Source: Balanoglossus misakiensis
Lineage: Eukaryota > Animalia > Hemichordata
DNA length: 64,000 nucleotides
Assembly (NCBI GenBank): GCA_040954595.2
Contig: CM082593.2
Location: 9,929,200 to 9,993,199, forward strand
Direction of reading: 5' to 3'
In this document: in pieces, positions 37,603 through 50,661 of the stretch
Layout: the number at the start of each line of letters is the position of its first letter
How positions within the stretch are numbered: position 1 is the first letter of the stretch
Program-made: the position numbers and the translations under genes
Notes under the pieces: generated by a model
Seen by the model: only the letters and a program-made list of their open reading frames with translations
What the model was told of the DNA's origin: nothing
Databases searched by the model: none

Positions 37603-37719
37603 ATGTCAATGAATGTATGGAGAGAGCAGATCTTTGTGAAGGCCAGTGTGTGAATACAGCAGGCTCTTTTTATTGCACTTGTGTTGTGGGATATTGATTG
37701 GTCAATTGAGAGTGTACAG
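37603..37719 (+). pseudogene. Calcium-binding EGF exon with two nonsense codons
   Basis: tttcag|(D)VNECMERADLCEGQCVNTAGSFYCTCVVGY*LVN*ECT|gtaaga; TGA at 37695 and 37707, consistent with CGA deamination. Confidence 0.85.
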
Positions 37720-37759
37720 GTAAGACCAGCACAATATGTGGGCAACGAAAGGTCCTGTA

Positions 37760-37913
37760 TCTGTAACTTTTGAATTTTTATTCAATATTATTCTGGGTGT
37801 CACCCATCATTTCTTGTTCAGCTCGGTGAAGCTAGGTCTGTAACTTTTGAATTTTTATTCAATATTATTCTGGGTGTCACCCATCATTTCTTGTTCAGCT
37901 CGGTGAAGCTAGG
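37760..37913. repeat. Exact 77-bp tandem duplication
   Basis: tctgtaacttttgaatttttattcaatattattctgggtgtcacccatcatttcttgttcagctcggtgaagctagg x2. Confidence 0.9.
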
Positions 37914-38329
37914 TAAGCAATGTTGTTATTGTTTAAACATTGTATTCAAGCCTGGGTCTGGACTTGGATGCAATTTGTCAATAATAACAGTGATTGGTAA
38001 CTGCATGTTTTCATAACTGGCTATCTGTTAAAGAGACCATTTGCTGTGTGTACAGTACACATGCCATTGGCAGCTTATGGGTCAGCCAGTGTTTGCCTGT
38101 TAATCTCTCGATGTGTGTGTGTTATTCTGTCTGTACAGTCAGATCGCACGGTACTCATTAACATATGTTCATGAGGGAAAGTACTTCAAACCATGTAGCC
38201 GTTAGAGTGGGCCCCGCTGAAGGGTCGCGAAATAGGCCATTTTTTACGCGACATTATAGAGCTGATTTCAGGCGAGGAGGACTGTGTACAAAATTGAGTA
38301 TAGACAACTCAGGTTTTAAAGGATTTTCA

Positions 38330-41300
38330 TCATTTCCACTGTGTCAACGTCACTACATCCTTGCTATGAGAAAAAGCCATCCCTTGTGTACTTCGTGCTT
38401 ATCACGGGCAAACAATTTGTTTAAAATCCCTGATTTTGATATGGTGCAAACATTTCACTAACAGACTAACACACTTTTTGCCCTTACTCAAGACAGCCTG
38501 ATTTGTTTGAAATGTTATCAAACATTTGTTGCTTTTAGCGGAAAAAGCCAGGTGTAGTATTCAACAAGGCCTAATTATGTCGAGTGATATAGCACTTGCT
38601 GAAGAAATTAAAAAATATGTCACAATGCTACAAAAAGGCTGCAGCTGTGACACCGACTTGGTGAATTTTGCAGGCTGGAAAACTGTTGTCTTTTTAGGAG
38701 AAGTGCTCCTCAGAAAACATGCCATTCTATTGTTTGACGTTGGGCAATATTTTAATGATTGTTTAGACGATGAATATCAGACTTTGCAACCCATTGTCAA
38801 GTTACAACGAGTGGAATTCCACAGAAAACCTAATAGCTGGCTTATTCGGGAATTTCTATGAGTGTATTATCCAATTCACCTTTCTGTTGTATCAAAAGTG
38901 AGTAGAAAGTTCTCCACCTTTTTGTACCGAACAGGTTCAGATCTCACTATTGCCCTCCAAAATGCACTTGTCGAACATCCTCAGTATGTTGTGCAAGCTG
39001 AGAAACAGATAGAGAGGCTTGAAAAGCAAGTAAGAGACTTGAGTAAAGTTGACGTTGACTTTTTCAAAATGCTTGATTTGGTGGCTGTGAAATCAAATGC
39101 CAGCATTTATCAGCAATCTCAAGAATTCAGTAATTACTGCAAAACAAACATTGTTGATCTGAGTACACTTGATGTTGAATATATTGTCAGTGAGATTGAC
39201 CCTGTGTTATGGAACACTGTTGTATATTTAACGTTGAACAACAGTGAACGCAGTAAATTAAAAAGCTCCAACTTTGAATGGAATAAACACTACTATGGAT
39301 TTTATGACCAGCACTCTATGGAGAGTAGAGCACGATTCCTCAGGCGTTTGTTTTGTGTGTATGCTATTGTTCATTTGTTCTGATCATTGTACTTACCCAT
39401 TGCATACTTACCTGGCTGACATTGTTGAAGGTTATAGTAGGTCATCTACTCTAGTGAAAATTCTAAATTGATTTGGTATTATTTGTTCTGGAGATACATT
39501 GCATAGATACATGTTGGGAGTTATCAACAAAAGAACATCAGCTGATTTCACAGAGGAAAATATTGCAAATAATGCATTTTGTTTAACTTCCATTGACAAT
39601 ATTGATAAATCAGCTAAATATGCAGCTGTTACAGCTGATCCAAAGGACAGAGGTTTCCACGGTACCTCTTATCAAATGGTCCAACCAAAACCATAGTCAA
39701 TTCTGAACAGTATTGATGATATTGTTTTTGGCAGTCATGACAAACATTCAACTGTCAAAGATTTTAAGCTAATCAACATTTATTGTGATGGAAGGTGCTT
39801 TTTCAGGAGCATCTCTGTGAGAAATGATTTTGCATTTCGAAATTGCGATCGTCTACTTAATGGACTCCCTTTTGACCCAATTTTAGCTGACCGAGAGAAA
39901 ATATTTGCAGACAAGTTAAGAGCAGATACATTAGACATAATACGTGGCAATCATATATACTTTGAAGGACTGGATGATGCACAACTTGATGCCCTGTTAG
40001 ACGGCACTCGTTATATGGACATTTTGCACAGAACACAATGTATGGAAAAGGCAGATGAATATGCTGGTATGCCAGAAATGTTATATGTAGTGTATGTTGC
40101 AAAATGTCCATTACATATATACACCAAGCAGAATGATATATTTGCAAGAGGTGATGGTTATGTGTTCTCCAAGACTGAGCCTGTCTGTCTCTTGTACACA
40201 CCAGACAGGCCAGGTCAACCAGGCCATTATGATTTGCTTCTTAACAGGCTGTTAATTAAAAGTAAAGATAGTCTGGTGAATGAAAATGCACAGAATTCAT
40301 TTGAATGGTGGCATGAATTAAACAGTGGCTTTTGTTCACAAAATACAGTAGACTCTGAAATGAATGAAATTGTTGGCAATTTTCCTTGTGGAAATAATAC
40401 TAAAATCATGGTTGACAGAGGTTTGAGTGCACCTGTGAGAAAAGCCTGTACATTTACGGAGAAAAAATCCAATGATACTGTTCATGATGATGTAGTATTT
40501 AAACCACCTCTACTGAGACAACATCAACCACGGTCATCAATTTCGCTGTCAGATTTAGACATTAAACAAGAAGAAGCCATTGCTTGGTCAGAACTGTTTT
40601 CTGACAATTCATTTTTGCTCTACAGAAAAATGCAATGCACAGAGCTGATATAGAAACAGTATTTGGGGATTTTAAATCAACATTAGCAACAACTGCTAAC
40701 AGTAATGACAGTGAATGCTCAAATGTCATTTATTTGGGCATATCAAGTGAACACGCAGACACCATTGAAACTGTCCATAACATTATCAATAAGCTGTATA
40801 TGTTACATTCAGAGTTGGTGTAAGAATAAAATACCTGGTTGTGGTTGGTGATGGGAAAACTTTCCATCACCTGATAAAGTTAAAAGACATGTATGGTGCA
40901 AATTTAGACTGGTTGCAGCCTTTTATCAGAGACTGGCACACTCTAAAAAATTACCAACCAGTCATCATGAAAATATTCTGGGATGTTGGCTTAAAACATC
41001 TGGCAGGGTTCAATCATAAAGGGGGAACTTTGGAAACCCTACTACAGTGTACAAATTTCAAGCTAACTCATCGCTTCCTAAGACAAATTTGGGAAAGTAT
41101 GTTTAGATGTCTTGTCAATTCCTTTTTGAATATGAGGGGTGAAACCCATAATACCCAGCACTGTCCCTTAAATACAGAAACAGTCCAAAAATGTTTACTA
41201 GAAGCTGTCACAAAATCTTTGGAATGTACTGAAGATAAAGCTGATCATATTGACAAAATTAATGGTGACCTTAAGGCTCAACTTACTCGCTTGCAAGATG

Positions 41301-44300
41301 AATTTCAGATTTTTTGTGACAGAACACAGTACGATATTTTACCTACAATTCTCCATGATTTGTATCATCGAAGGTTGCCCATTTAATAACCTTTTCTGGT
41401 TTAGATACTAACAATGATATGAAGTACATATAAATATATTTATTTTTATCTAGGAAAAGTACATTGAGGAATTAGAGTGAAAATTCCAAAATCAAAATTT
41501 AAAAGCCATAAGAATCAAAGTATTCATGTACTGCAAATGCCAAGCAATGATTGACTGAGGTGGCCAGTCTCTGTTGAAAGTTATCAATCAATCAATCAAT
41601 CAGAAAAATTTGTATAGCGCCAGTATCTATAACACGTGTCATACTCAAATGCGCTTGTTAGGGCAAAGTTAACATGTAAATTTCCATTCTTCTGTCAAAA
41701 GAAAATATCAATATCTTTTTGTTTGATTAAACAGGTGTTTCAAGTGTCCCTGTTGTACTCCAAACTTTTTTGTATGGCTGGCTATGCAATTACTTGACTA
41801 TTTTATAAAATTCGTATCTCCTCTCTCAATAATACATAATTTTCTAAATCATTTGAAATGGTAATTGACAATAAGATTCAACTTAAAAGTAAGATCTCAA
41901 CATTTCTATTAGTGGTCTACAATTCTCTCTACACATGTGAACTTTGCCTGGTTTGACTGAGTAATCTCTGATTGTACAAATCAGAATGAATTATGGGAGT
42001 TTTCACGTACTGTGCAGAAGGGCAAATACAGACAAAACTTTCAAATTTTGGGTTAGATTTATAGAGGAAGATTTGTTTGCATACATGTCTTTGTACATTG
42101 CAATAAGGTCAGGAAATTGGAACCTTCGAATATTGGCTTTGAAATAAATGAACCCACTGTTCCATGCATATGACCGATCCCTGTACTTGAGGTTAATTCC
42201 CAGACATCTTGCTGACCTTCTGAAGATGCCAAACTCTCTGTTGTTACATTTCAAAGCAGGTGGTTTTGTTTGAAATTTGTCAGGCTCAACGTGGGTTAAT
42301 GTAGCACTAGATGAAGCCCATGAAATGTGCATCAATAAAGATGTTAAAGCTGCACTGCATACTTCTACAGGTGGGTTAATGGAGAGAATAGCAATTTATT
42401 TACCCTATAGAGCTATGGCTGCCAAGAATCTAAAAGATCAGTTATTTCCTTTCCAAAATGAAACCCATAATTCAGTTAGCGTACATAAAATACATGAGTC
42501 AAACTGCAGGTTGTATATCAATTGTCTTGAAGGTGCTGATGTATTTTCACCACTTAATACCGCCAGGGAGCTAACTAATATATTTTCAGATGACACAGCA
42601 ACAAATAGCGTCAAGGACACTGTGGTCCTATTTGAGGATTATGCAGAAACAGTGACACACCAGAATAAAAATAACAGGTGACATTGCAAGCAGATATGAT
42701 CTAAGATATAGAAATATGGAATGTAAAAAAATTAACAAGGAACATGCCCAATAAACTGTCATGTGTCATGACAACTTTTTGATGCGGATGGACATACAGA
42801 CATACATCCATACATCCATCCATACATCCATACATACATACAGACGCAACTGATCCCAAAAGGTCCCATGGTACATACCAATGGGACCTAATAAAATCAC
42901 CCAAAAAGATTTGTTGTCAATCAGAACAATTGGGCAACAAGATTTACAGGCATACATTAATGTTAGAATTCTCCATCGGCCAAGCACTGACACACCTGTA
43001 AGAAAAAGAAGGCTGAAAACATTTGCCAACAAAATAGTGAAAAAAGTAAAATCCAAGAAAGGTGACAAAGACCATTGAACTATTACTGCCTGTTTAAAAC
43101 TACAAATTGCACACTCAAAAAAATCAGGAGAACCAGTGAAGACATTAGATCAGTTTATTGTATTCCCAAGAGCCATATGCATGACTGATGGGTTACCCTA
43201 CAAGGGATCAAAAAGTAATGTCACAGTTTCTTAATGTCACAAGTTTTTTAAGGCTCGGTATGACAAACTGGTTCAAGAATTTTTACCATTTGGTTGGAGC
43301 GCAGAATTTATGATATTAGACGGTATGTTGGGCAATATGCCGATTTTTTTGTCAGACGTTGGCTTATTCCCCGCTTCACTCAATTCTGTTTCGAAGTTCA
43401 TCTTTTATTTGATGACCCGCATAGACTCGGTACAAGTCCTAAAGATATTCAACGTGCCAGGTAGGACAACAAAAATGAAGAGTTGATTGAAATAGATGAT
43501 ATTCATGACTCAACCCCTCTACCACGAGAATGGCGAAAATTCATCAATTGTAGGCCAAACTAGAGAAAACTAGTGAACTTCTTGTCAGCCACATCTTTAA
43601 AAATAATTGTACCGGCTCTGCAAGGTGATCATGTCCTCATTACAGCAGGTGGCTTTGATGGGGAAAATAGGGACAAGAGTCTTTTCGTCGGTAGTTATGG
43701 AATTGTGTCTGAGTGGGAAGCCAAAAGTTGTCATGAAGAAGCTGACAGTAGATGCATCCTTCATGCAGTTCAGTCCTCTTACAAGAAAGGTGTTATTTAC
43801 TCCCCTGATATCGATACTTATCATGTTCTCCTCCCAGTACTATATCAACATGTTCAAAAGGAGATATTTGTACAACTTGATAATGATTTATCAAATCTCA
43901 CTTATTTAGACATGAATCAATTCAAATCAGATTTAAATTTAGACCCTGATTTGCAACATATTCCTCTCCAATATTTAGGCAAAATATTTCAAACACTGTT
44001 CATATGCACAGGTTGTGACTATGTGTCATACTTTGCAGGCATCGGAAAGATATCTTTCTACAAGACATTCTTTTCAATACTCTGAATTTGTAACTAGTGG
44101 CACCCTTATACCTGGAACACTGATAGACACAACAGTAGACAGTGTAAGGAATGGAATTTTCGCTTTCATACGTTTAATAGGTAGTGTTTATGTTAAGAAA
44201 CATTTCCAAGCATTTGATGCATCTCATCCTTTTGAACTTTATCGACAAGTAGCCAGTGTCACTAACAGTCTTAAAGATAACCACATCAAATGGCTTACAT

Positions 44301-44978
44301 ATATACGAGAAACAATTTGGCCACGTATCCAGTATGAGGAAGAATGTATCCCTTCCTTTGAAGCCCTACAACTGCACTGGAAAAGATCATGCTGGGTCTC
44401 TGTTATGGTCCCAGGTCGATCAGTGCCATGTTACGTTTCCCTTATTCAATAATTATGGATACAGACTAAGCAACAGCGAACTTGATATTATTTGGGACAG
44501 TGATGCCAATTTAGAAAAAGTGAAAAATAATTTGGAGTTGCTAACAAAAGGGTGTGGCTGCAAAAATATGCCAACTTGTAATAGCAGATGTTGTAAATGT
44601 TATAAGACCCATAATGGTTGTGGCCCTGCGCGTCAATGCAATGACTTCAGTAATCCACATAATGGGAACCCTGGATTCTGTACCACATCGAAAAAGTATG
44701 GGGTATGCCCAAAATATACAAATAAGTCACCACTATTAGAATCACCATCACCAATCACTGATACTGAACATCATAATATGGAAAATAGCATTGATGCAAT
44801 TTTACAGGAGGAGTCACATGAATTTGACATTTTAAGAGAAGAAGAGCGAAATATTTACGAGACTGATTCTGACTTTGACGAACTGACTGATGAATATAAC
44901 TGGACGGAAGAAAAACAAACTGATAATTCAAAGAATGGTGATTGTGATTCCAATGATGGTGACTGTGATGACATTTAA
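38330..44978 (+). mobile_element. Decayed Academ-type (AcademX-like) DNA transposon: Cys-rich N-terminus, DDE transposase with OTU-like insert, XPG/PIN-like nuclease, CXC-like C-terminus
   Basis: Collinear broken ORFs: CQRHY…CLKCY; SIDNIDK…FHGTSYQMVQPKP; VGDGKTF…LDWLQPFIRDWHTLKN; VALDEAHEMCINKDVK; ILDG…LFDDP…SPKD; HEEADSRCILH…SPDID; ICTGCDYVSYFAGIGK; PSFEALQLHWKR; GCGCK…CNSRCCKC…CGP; acidic tail. Many stops and frameshifts; termini not identified. Confidence 0.78.
42765..42890 (-). mobile_element. Family-A HINE 5' fragment inserted in the Academ element
   Basis: ggtcccatggtacataccaatgggaccta hairpin and (CATC/CATA)n microsatellite, the reverse complement of the 14711-14830 layout. Confidence 0.75.
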
Positions 44979-45194
44979 TGAATCATCAAAGAAATTGATT
45001 TGGTCTCTTGGGGGTTACAGCCCTATTGTGGTTTCAGTCATACCTTTCCAATCGCACCCAGTGTGTATGTGTTAATTTCAGACATGGTTACTATAACCGT
45101 GTTCCAAATAATCACCATTTTATCCGCTTGACACTGGGGTAACACAGGGATCAGTTCTTTGTCCTATACTTTTTAATATGTACACTTCTCCATT

Positions 45195-45860
45195 AGGTGA
45201 ATTAGTTTCTAGTCATGGATGCCTGTATATAGCTTTTATGCAGATGGCTCTTCATTGTCTTTTACCAAGAAGAATGCTCCCAGAATGCTTTCAAATCTTG
45301 AACGTTGTATTTCTGATGTCGCTACTGTATGTCTGAAAATGTCTTGTGTTTAAATAACGATAAGACTGAATCTGTTATTTTTTCTGCTACTTCAGGTAAT
45401 GTATCTGCCAGAGGGATTACAGAAATTCATGCGATGCTCTGAAACCAGTTCATTGTCTGACAATGATTGCACAGATCTGCCATTCAGTCGCTTTTCATTT
45501 GCAGCATATTGCACTTGTCTGTAAATATTTATCTCAAGGCGCCACAGAGCAATAAAGGTCCTTCTTTTGTTGCATTTCGAATAGATTCGTGTAATTCACT
45601 TTTGTTTGGGCTCCCTAAGTACTAGATCAGCCGTATTCAAGTTCAAAATATTGCTGCTAGTTCCAAAATCACTGTTTACATCAATGCAATTTCAGTTCCA
45701 TTGGTTACCTGTGTCTGATCGTATTGTTTTCAATATTTTATTTCTTATTTTTGAATTCATTCATAGACTTGGACCATCATATCTGTCTGATATGATCAAA
45801 TTATATGTTCCGAATCGAAACTTGAAGTCAGCTGATCAGCTCAAACTCTGTCCTGTTCAG
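45195..45860 (+). mobile_element. Highly decayed L2/CR1-type LINE 3' fragment
   Basis: FYADG (YADD-like) at ~45235, LNNDKTE, and HWLPVSDRIVFNILFLIF…GPSYLSDMIKLYVPNRNLKS. Confidence 0.65.
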
Positions 45861-46641
45861 CCCAATGCAATGATGACAACAACAATTGCTTGCCTTCAGA
45901 CACAAATATTTATTGCATATATCATCAGCGAATAAAGGGAAATGGTTTTGAAGTTACAGTTGGCATTTTGCATTTTCGAAATGTCTACTTATATCCCAGG
46001 CCACGATACGGAGAAAAAAAATAAAAATACACCAGCTGAGCTCCTCACACGTACATAGTCATGTATGATAAACCTGGCATTCTGTCCATATGGGACCTAC
46101 ATTTGTAGGCGATTGATCGATGTTGTGTCGAAATCAGGCCAGTAATTAAGTTAAAACTTAATACGTTACCTTAGGGTGTTATACATTATCCAGTAACTGT
46201 TTTACTTAAGAATTGCCTTTCAAAAGCTGTTTACCCACGGTAAACGTATCGTTTCACGATCAACGCAACACTTCTGTATTTACAAGTCTAACATGGAGCC
46301 GGAGAGGTCAACGTATACTTCCGGGTCATATCGTCGAACGACATTGATTATTTTTAAGCGGACTGTTACACAAGCATTTCGAATTAATTTCTTTTCACGG
46401 ATGTTCGGACCGATATTAGACCTCTCTGTCAGGAAAGTTTGGTTAACTTCCGAGGTCGTTTTCAATGATTTTTGAAACGTTTGTGGACGTCTCTTTAGGG
46501 GTCACCAACATACCACCGAAAACACGTTAAAAACTTCTACTACTATTAAGGACAGATTTTCATAAAATTTACATCTGCAGTGAAAAATGGGAATCACTTT
46601 CGTAATTTATCCAGCTAACATGGTTTTTTATTGCACAACAG

Positions 46642-46690
46642 AGTTGCAAACCAGGATTTAAGTTGCACAGAAATCAACATACATGTGTTG
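46642..46690 (+). pseudogene. Partial EGF-domain exon
   Basis: acaacag|SCKPGFKLHRNQHTCV|gtgagt: C-terminal half of an EGF repeat with a consensus phase-1 donor. Confidence 0.55.
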
Positions 46691-46836
46691 GTGAGTATCT
46701 ACAATTTGGAGAGAAAGTAAGATGTATGGGTTTGTACAATGTAAGTGTCTTATACATGTATATTTGACACTGAAATCATATATTGTACAATCAGTCATTG
46801 GTAAATGTCTGCTATTCATGACACAAATAAAAAAAC

Positions 46837-47045
46837 AGTCAAACCTGTGTGAGTGGCCACCTCTATTAGGCAGCCACCTCTATATAGTGGCCACTTTATT
46901 CTAGTCCCTATGCAATTTACATCTACATTAATTGACTTTTCTACAAGGTATAATTTCTACAAGGTATAATGGCCACCTATCTATAAAGGCCAGTTTAGAA
47001 AAGTCCTTTCACTAGCCACAATAGACACTTGTGTTGATTTCTGTA
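46837..47045. mobile_element. Degenerate Tc1/mariner-pogo-like MITE
   Basis: Starts cagtcaaacctgt, with repeated ggccacctctat sub-terminal motifs and a worn right end. Confidence 0.4.
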
Positions 47046-47476
47046 TGTTTTACGTGTAACACAATCAGGACATTTTTCATAAAGAGGGCAGCCTTCCAAA
47101 ATAAAGTGTCATCTCAATGCAGACAATGTGAAAAAGGCGGTCAGTAGAGTACTGCTCGAGCTCATCTAGTTTGTTGTATACATGATATAAGGAACAAGTT
47201 GTGTGTAAAACTGACCTTACAATAAAATGTGGCTGTCCAAGTACATAAGTTTCAACTATAGTGTTGATACAAAAGACAATCAAGTTTTTACTTTGTGACC
47301 AACTTGCCTCGTGTTCGTGTCGTGGAAGGGTAACATGACTGCATAGCAATGTTTTATTAAAATTTTGTACATAGAGAAATGGACTACTGGGAACTATGTA
47401 AATGATGCCCTGAGCCTAAAAATTCTGACTGTCTGCAATTATAGTTTTAGCATTTTTGTTCAATTGCACTTTCAAG

Positions 47477-47650
47477 TACAGTCAAACCCGTCTAACACCA
47501 AAGGGACTGAAGAAATTGTTCAGATTGCAGGTGTCCAATTTAAAGAGGTTCTTTCAACATGTGGTTCTATGTCAAAAGGTTTGAACAATGTCTTTGAAAT
47601 AGACATGTTTCCAGATTAGACAGGGTTCGGTTGAGACAGGTTTTACTGTA
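47477..47650. mobile_element. Tc1/mariner-pogo-like MITE
   Basis: TA|cagtcaaacccgtct…agacaggttttactg|TA; a truncated copy sharing its left flank lies at 35161-35267. Confidence 0.6.
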
Positions 47651-48750
47651 TTTTGATACATGCTCTGGCTTAACCCTTTCACCACCATGGTTCAGTCTAA
47701 ACCCTTTATTTTCTATGGTAAGGCTGGATCTTTAAAGAGGAAACTGTTTTTTTTCTGGGAATCTCTTTATTTCTTCTGTCACAAAAATTGCATGGGAGTT
47801 CTAATTCTAAAAGGAAAACTGATTTCATAAAAGATCTCAAAGTCAAGTTTTGGATGTGGCTCCATTTCAAGTATTGTAGGTGACTAGTTTTCCGGAGTTC
47901 AAGTCTTTATACTTGCAGTAGAGTTGGTCACATGTACTTGGGTAATCTGAGTGTGGTCAGAAATTGAACTTACACACATTGAGTTGAGTTAAGAATATGT
48001 CTGGTGTATTACTGTAATATGACTAGATACAGCAAATGCATTAACTATAAGCGTATGTTAAAATACACAGTTTCCATGGACAAATCTGAGTGATGAAATT
48101 AAATACACATGTTCATTAAATCCCACCATGATAGAGCGCCCCCACTGTTCAGAATGTCCATTTTGAAGTCCTACATCTATGATGTCATGCCTAGCTGTCA
48201 ATGTTAACTGATGTGTACTTGTACTACTAGTAAATGGAAGTACTTTAAAGTAAAGCTCAGATGCAAGGTTTTGTAAAATAAATATAATATTAAAACGTTG
48301 CCATCATTTTAGCCATTTTGAACAGCGGTCCAATTGACTAATGTGATCACTCTGTATACGGCATATGGCATATTAAGCATTTAGTATTTTTCAATCAGAA
48401 GCCGTTAATCCTGTGATTAATTCTGCTTCTTGCAGCATTGATTTTAAATCACCACACATGAATAATTTTGTCCAAATGACTGCGGTGCCCAAGTGTTTAT
48501 GATAAGATAAACAAACGGTGAAATTCACTGAAGAAGTGAGCGAGCACTTGCCCATTCATTGTTCAATGAAAGGTGACCACCAAAACAAAAGTATTGAGAA
48601 AATAACCCGAAGTTGGAGTTACTGAGTTTTAAATTGATTTCAAGTGAAAAGCTTGGATTGGCTGAAGCTCCTGTAGTCAGTTACCTGTAGGTAGATTGAC
48701 ACACATGACAATGTTTGACTGTTTACACTTTTCTTTGTTTGATCTTTCAG

Positions 48751-48994
48751 AGGAATATTCAAGCACTGCAGAAGAATCTAGAGATGGCACAGAAAAAAAG
48801 AACTTGAATTGAAACAACAGCAAGATCAACATGCCAGACAAAGTCCACTCATAGCACTAAGACAACAACATCAACAACAACAGCAATTACAAAGGTTACA
48901 ACAACAGAGAGCCCAACAACAACAACAACAAGCAGTGCAAGCACAGCCATCCAATATACAATCAACAAATCAACAACTAAGTCACCTCTTACAA
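48751..48994 (+). pseudogene. MED25: Gln-rich exon ending in an LxxLL motif, likely MED25 C-terminal region, with +1 frameshift
   Basis: ctttcag|RNIQALQKNLEMAQKK / ELELKQQQ…NQQLSHLLQ|gtaagt. The exon is 244 nt with a 7-A run at 48793-48799 where 6 would keep frame. NQQLSHLL resembles the human MED25 NR box NPQLRSLL. Confidence 0.6.
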
Positions 48995-50051
48995 GTAAGT
49001 TGTCATAATAATGTGTACAGTGAATATTTTGAAAACCAAGACTGGTACCAGTGGCACTTCTGGGAATTGTTATGTGGGGAAAAATAAAATCAGTTTTCTC
49101 AAAAAGGAGCTTTCTTGATGGTACAAATAACATTGGTCTGTGCCATTCCCAAAATTATTTTAATGTATTGAAGACCTGAAAGTCACACAGAATAAATTCA
49201 ATGCACTATTTGCCCAACATGACAACTTTTCCCCACACAGATTTAGACGTGGTGGGTATGGCCGATTTGCCTCAAATCGGCCATACACACCACATCTATT
49301 AATATTCATGAGTTTACTTTTCTTGTTTACGTACACTACTATAACAATTGGAAATCTAGAGAATGTCTATTTCATCAAGTTTACAACCCCCACATGTGTA
49401 AGTCATGTACATAAACAAAAATAGTCTGGTGTGTGGAGCCTCCTCCCTTTTTGAAATACTTTTTATGCAATCAGTCCAAACTCATGATCAGTCCAACCTG
49501 TTCAGTTTTAGTGTGGGGAAAAGCTGGAATGAAAGCAGACCTAAATTACAGACAACGAAATACAACAAATCTTGTCTCATTCTTATTTTCAATTCCTCTA
49601 GTTTTTCCATGGTACCAGTGTGGAAGCACTGATGATAAACTGTGGCAGACAGTTTTAAATGACGACAATCATCTTACTCTTATGTACATATGCGTTAATT
49701 TTGTGTGTACAAAATAACGTCCAATCCAAATATCTGCAAATTTTATGTGCGTGCATTCATATAGTGGACTGCCTTCGCTTCCTTCTATATTTCTTGCACG
49801 CCATATAAGAAGAATTTAGTTTTGACTCTTCTTTTCACTCAATTTGCTGTCTTTTCCTAATCTATGACACAGACTATGGTTGCCGCCACCTTGTCTGTTG
49901 TTAAGACAGCACTTGTGGCATAGATAAAAAAATTATAACTAGAGTCTCTGCTTTGGCAAGTGTGCGTTAGACGATCAATACCCTTTAACAAAACTCTGCT
50001 TAGAATTCAAATCATATTCTTTTCAAAATGTCAGCATCTGATTACATAGTG

Positions 50052-50330
50052 AATTAAAGCTGCAAGCAGTGTTCACTAGGCCCAAGCAATTCCCAGGGTT
50101 CCTACAGAATGCCAAGGATTATCTGCTGTGGATACCCACAATTTTGTCAAAAAGTTTTGATCCTAAACTGATCTATGTCCTACAAAATCGAAACTTCTAG
50201 ATCTATTGGTTAGCCTAGAATTAGGAGTGTACATAATTAATTAGGTCAACGGGGGTCCTGAAACTAACCATCAAATTTTAGACACAGCTTAAATCAATTT
50301 CCCATTGTACAGTTACTATATGCCGCCCTA
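50052..50330 (-). mobile_element. Helentron-like (family C) 3' fragment
   Basis: aattaaagctgcaagca is the reverse complement of the 24605-24622 terminus; ctattggttagcctagaattagg…cataattaat is the reverse complement of the HINE internal repeat. Confidence 0.55.
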
Positions 50331-50446
50331 AATTTCAGTCTGATTGACAAATGTGAAGAAAATAAAAAAGAGATGTCGCCTGATACATTGCCATTTTCTG
50401 TGAAGTGACTTTAAAAGAAAACTGTTTTGTTTGTATTCAACTGCAG

Positions 50447-50661
50447 CAGCAACAACAAGCCAGCAGAACACAAGCAACCATTCCACCACCAAAACAACAA
50501 ACAGCAGCAACAAAACAAACATGGCAACAACAACAACAACAGCAGCAGTTATCACAACAACAACAACAACAGCTGTAACTAGGACAACAGCCAAGGCCGC
50601 GACCAAAGGTACCTCAGATGGACTTGGCACCTAGCTTGCAACAAACACAGCAACAATCAAG
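50447..50661 (+). pseudogene. Gln/Pro-rich exon with in-frame stop, probable continuation of the MED25 pseudogene
   Basis: ctgcag|QQQQASRTQATIPPPKQQ…QQQL*LGQQPRPRPKVPQMDLAPSLQQTQQQS; TAA at 50576 within CAA-rich codons. Confidence 0.5.

Noticed and set aside
38130-38260. Left TIR of the Academ element
   Set aside because: No inverted counterpart found by eye downstream of 44978.
50328-50634. Thr-rich (+) and Val-rich (-) ORFs
   Set aside because: Alternative frames of the CAA-rich poly-Gln exon.
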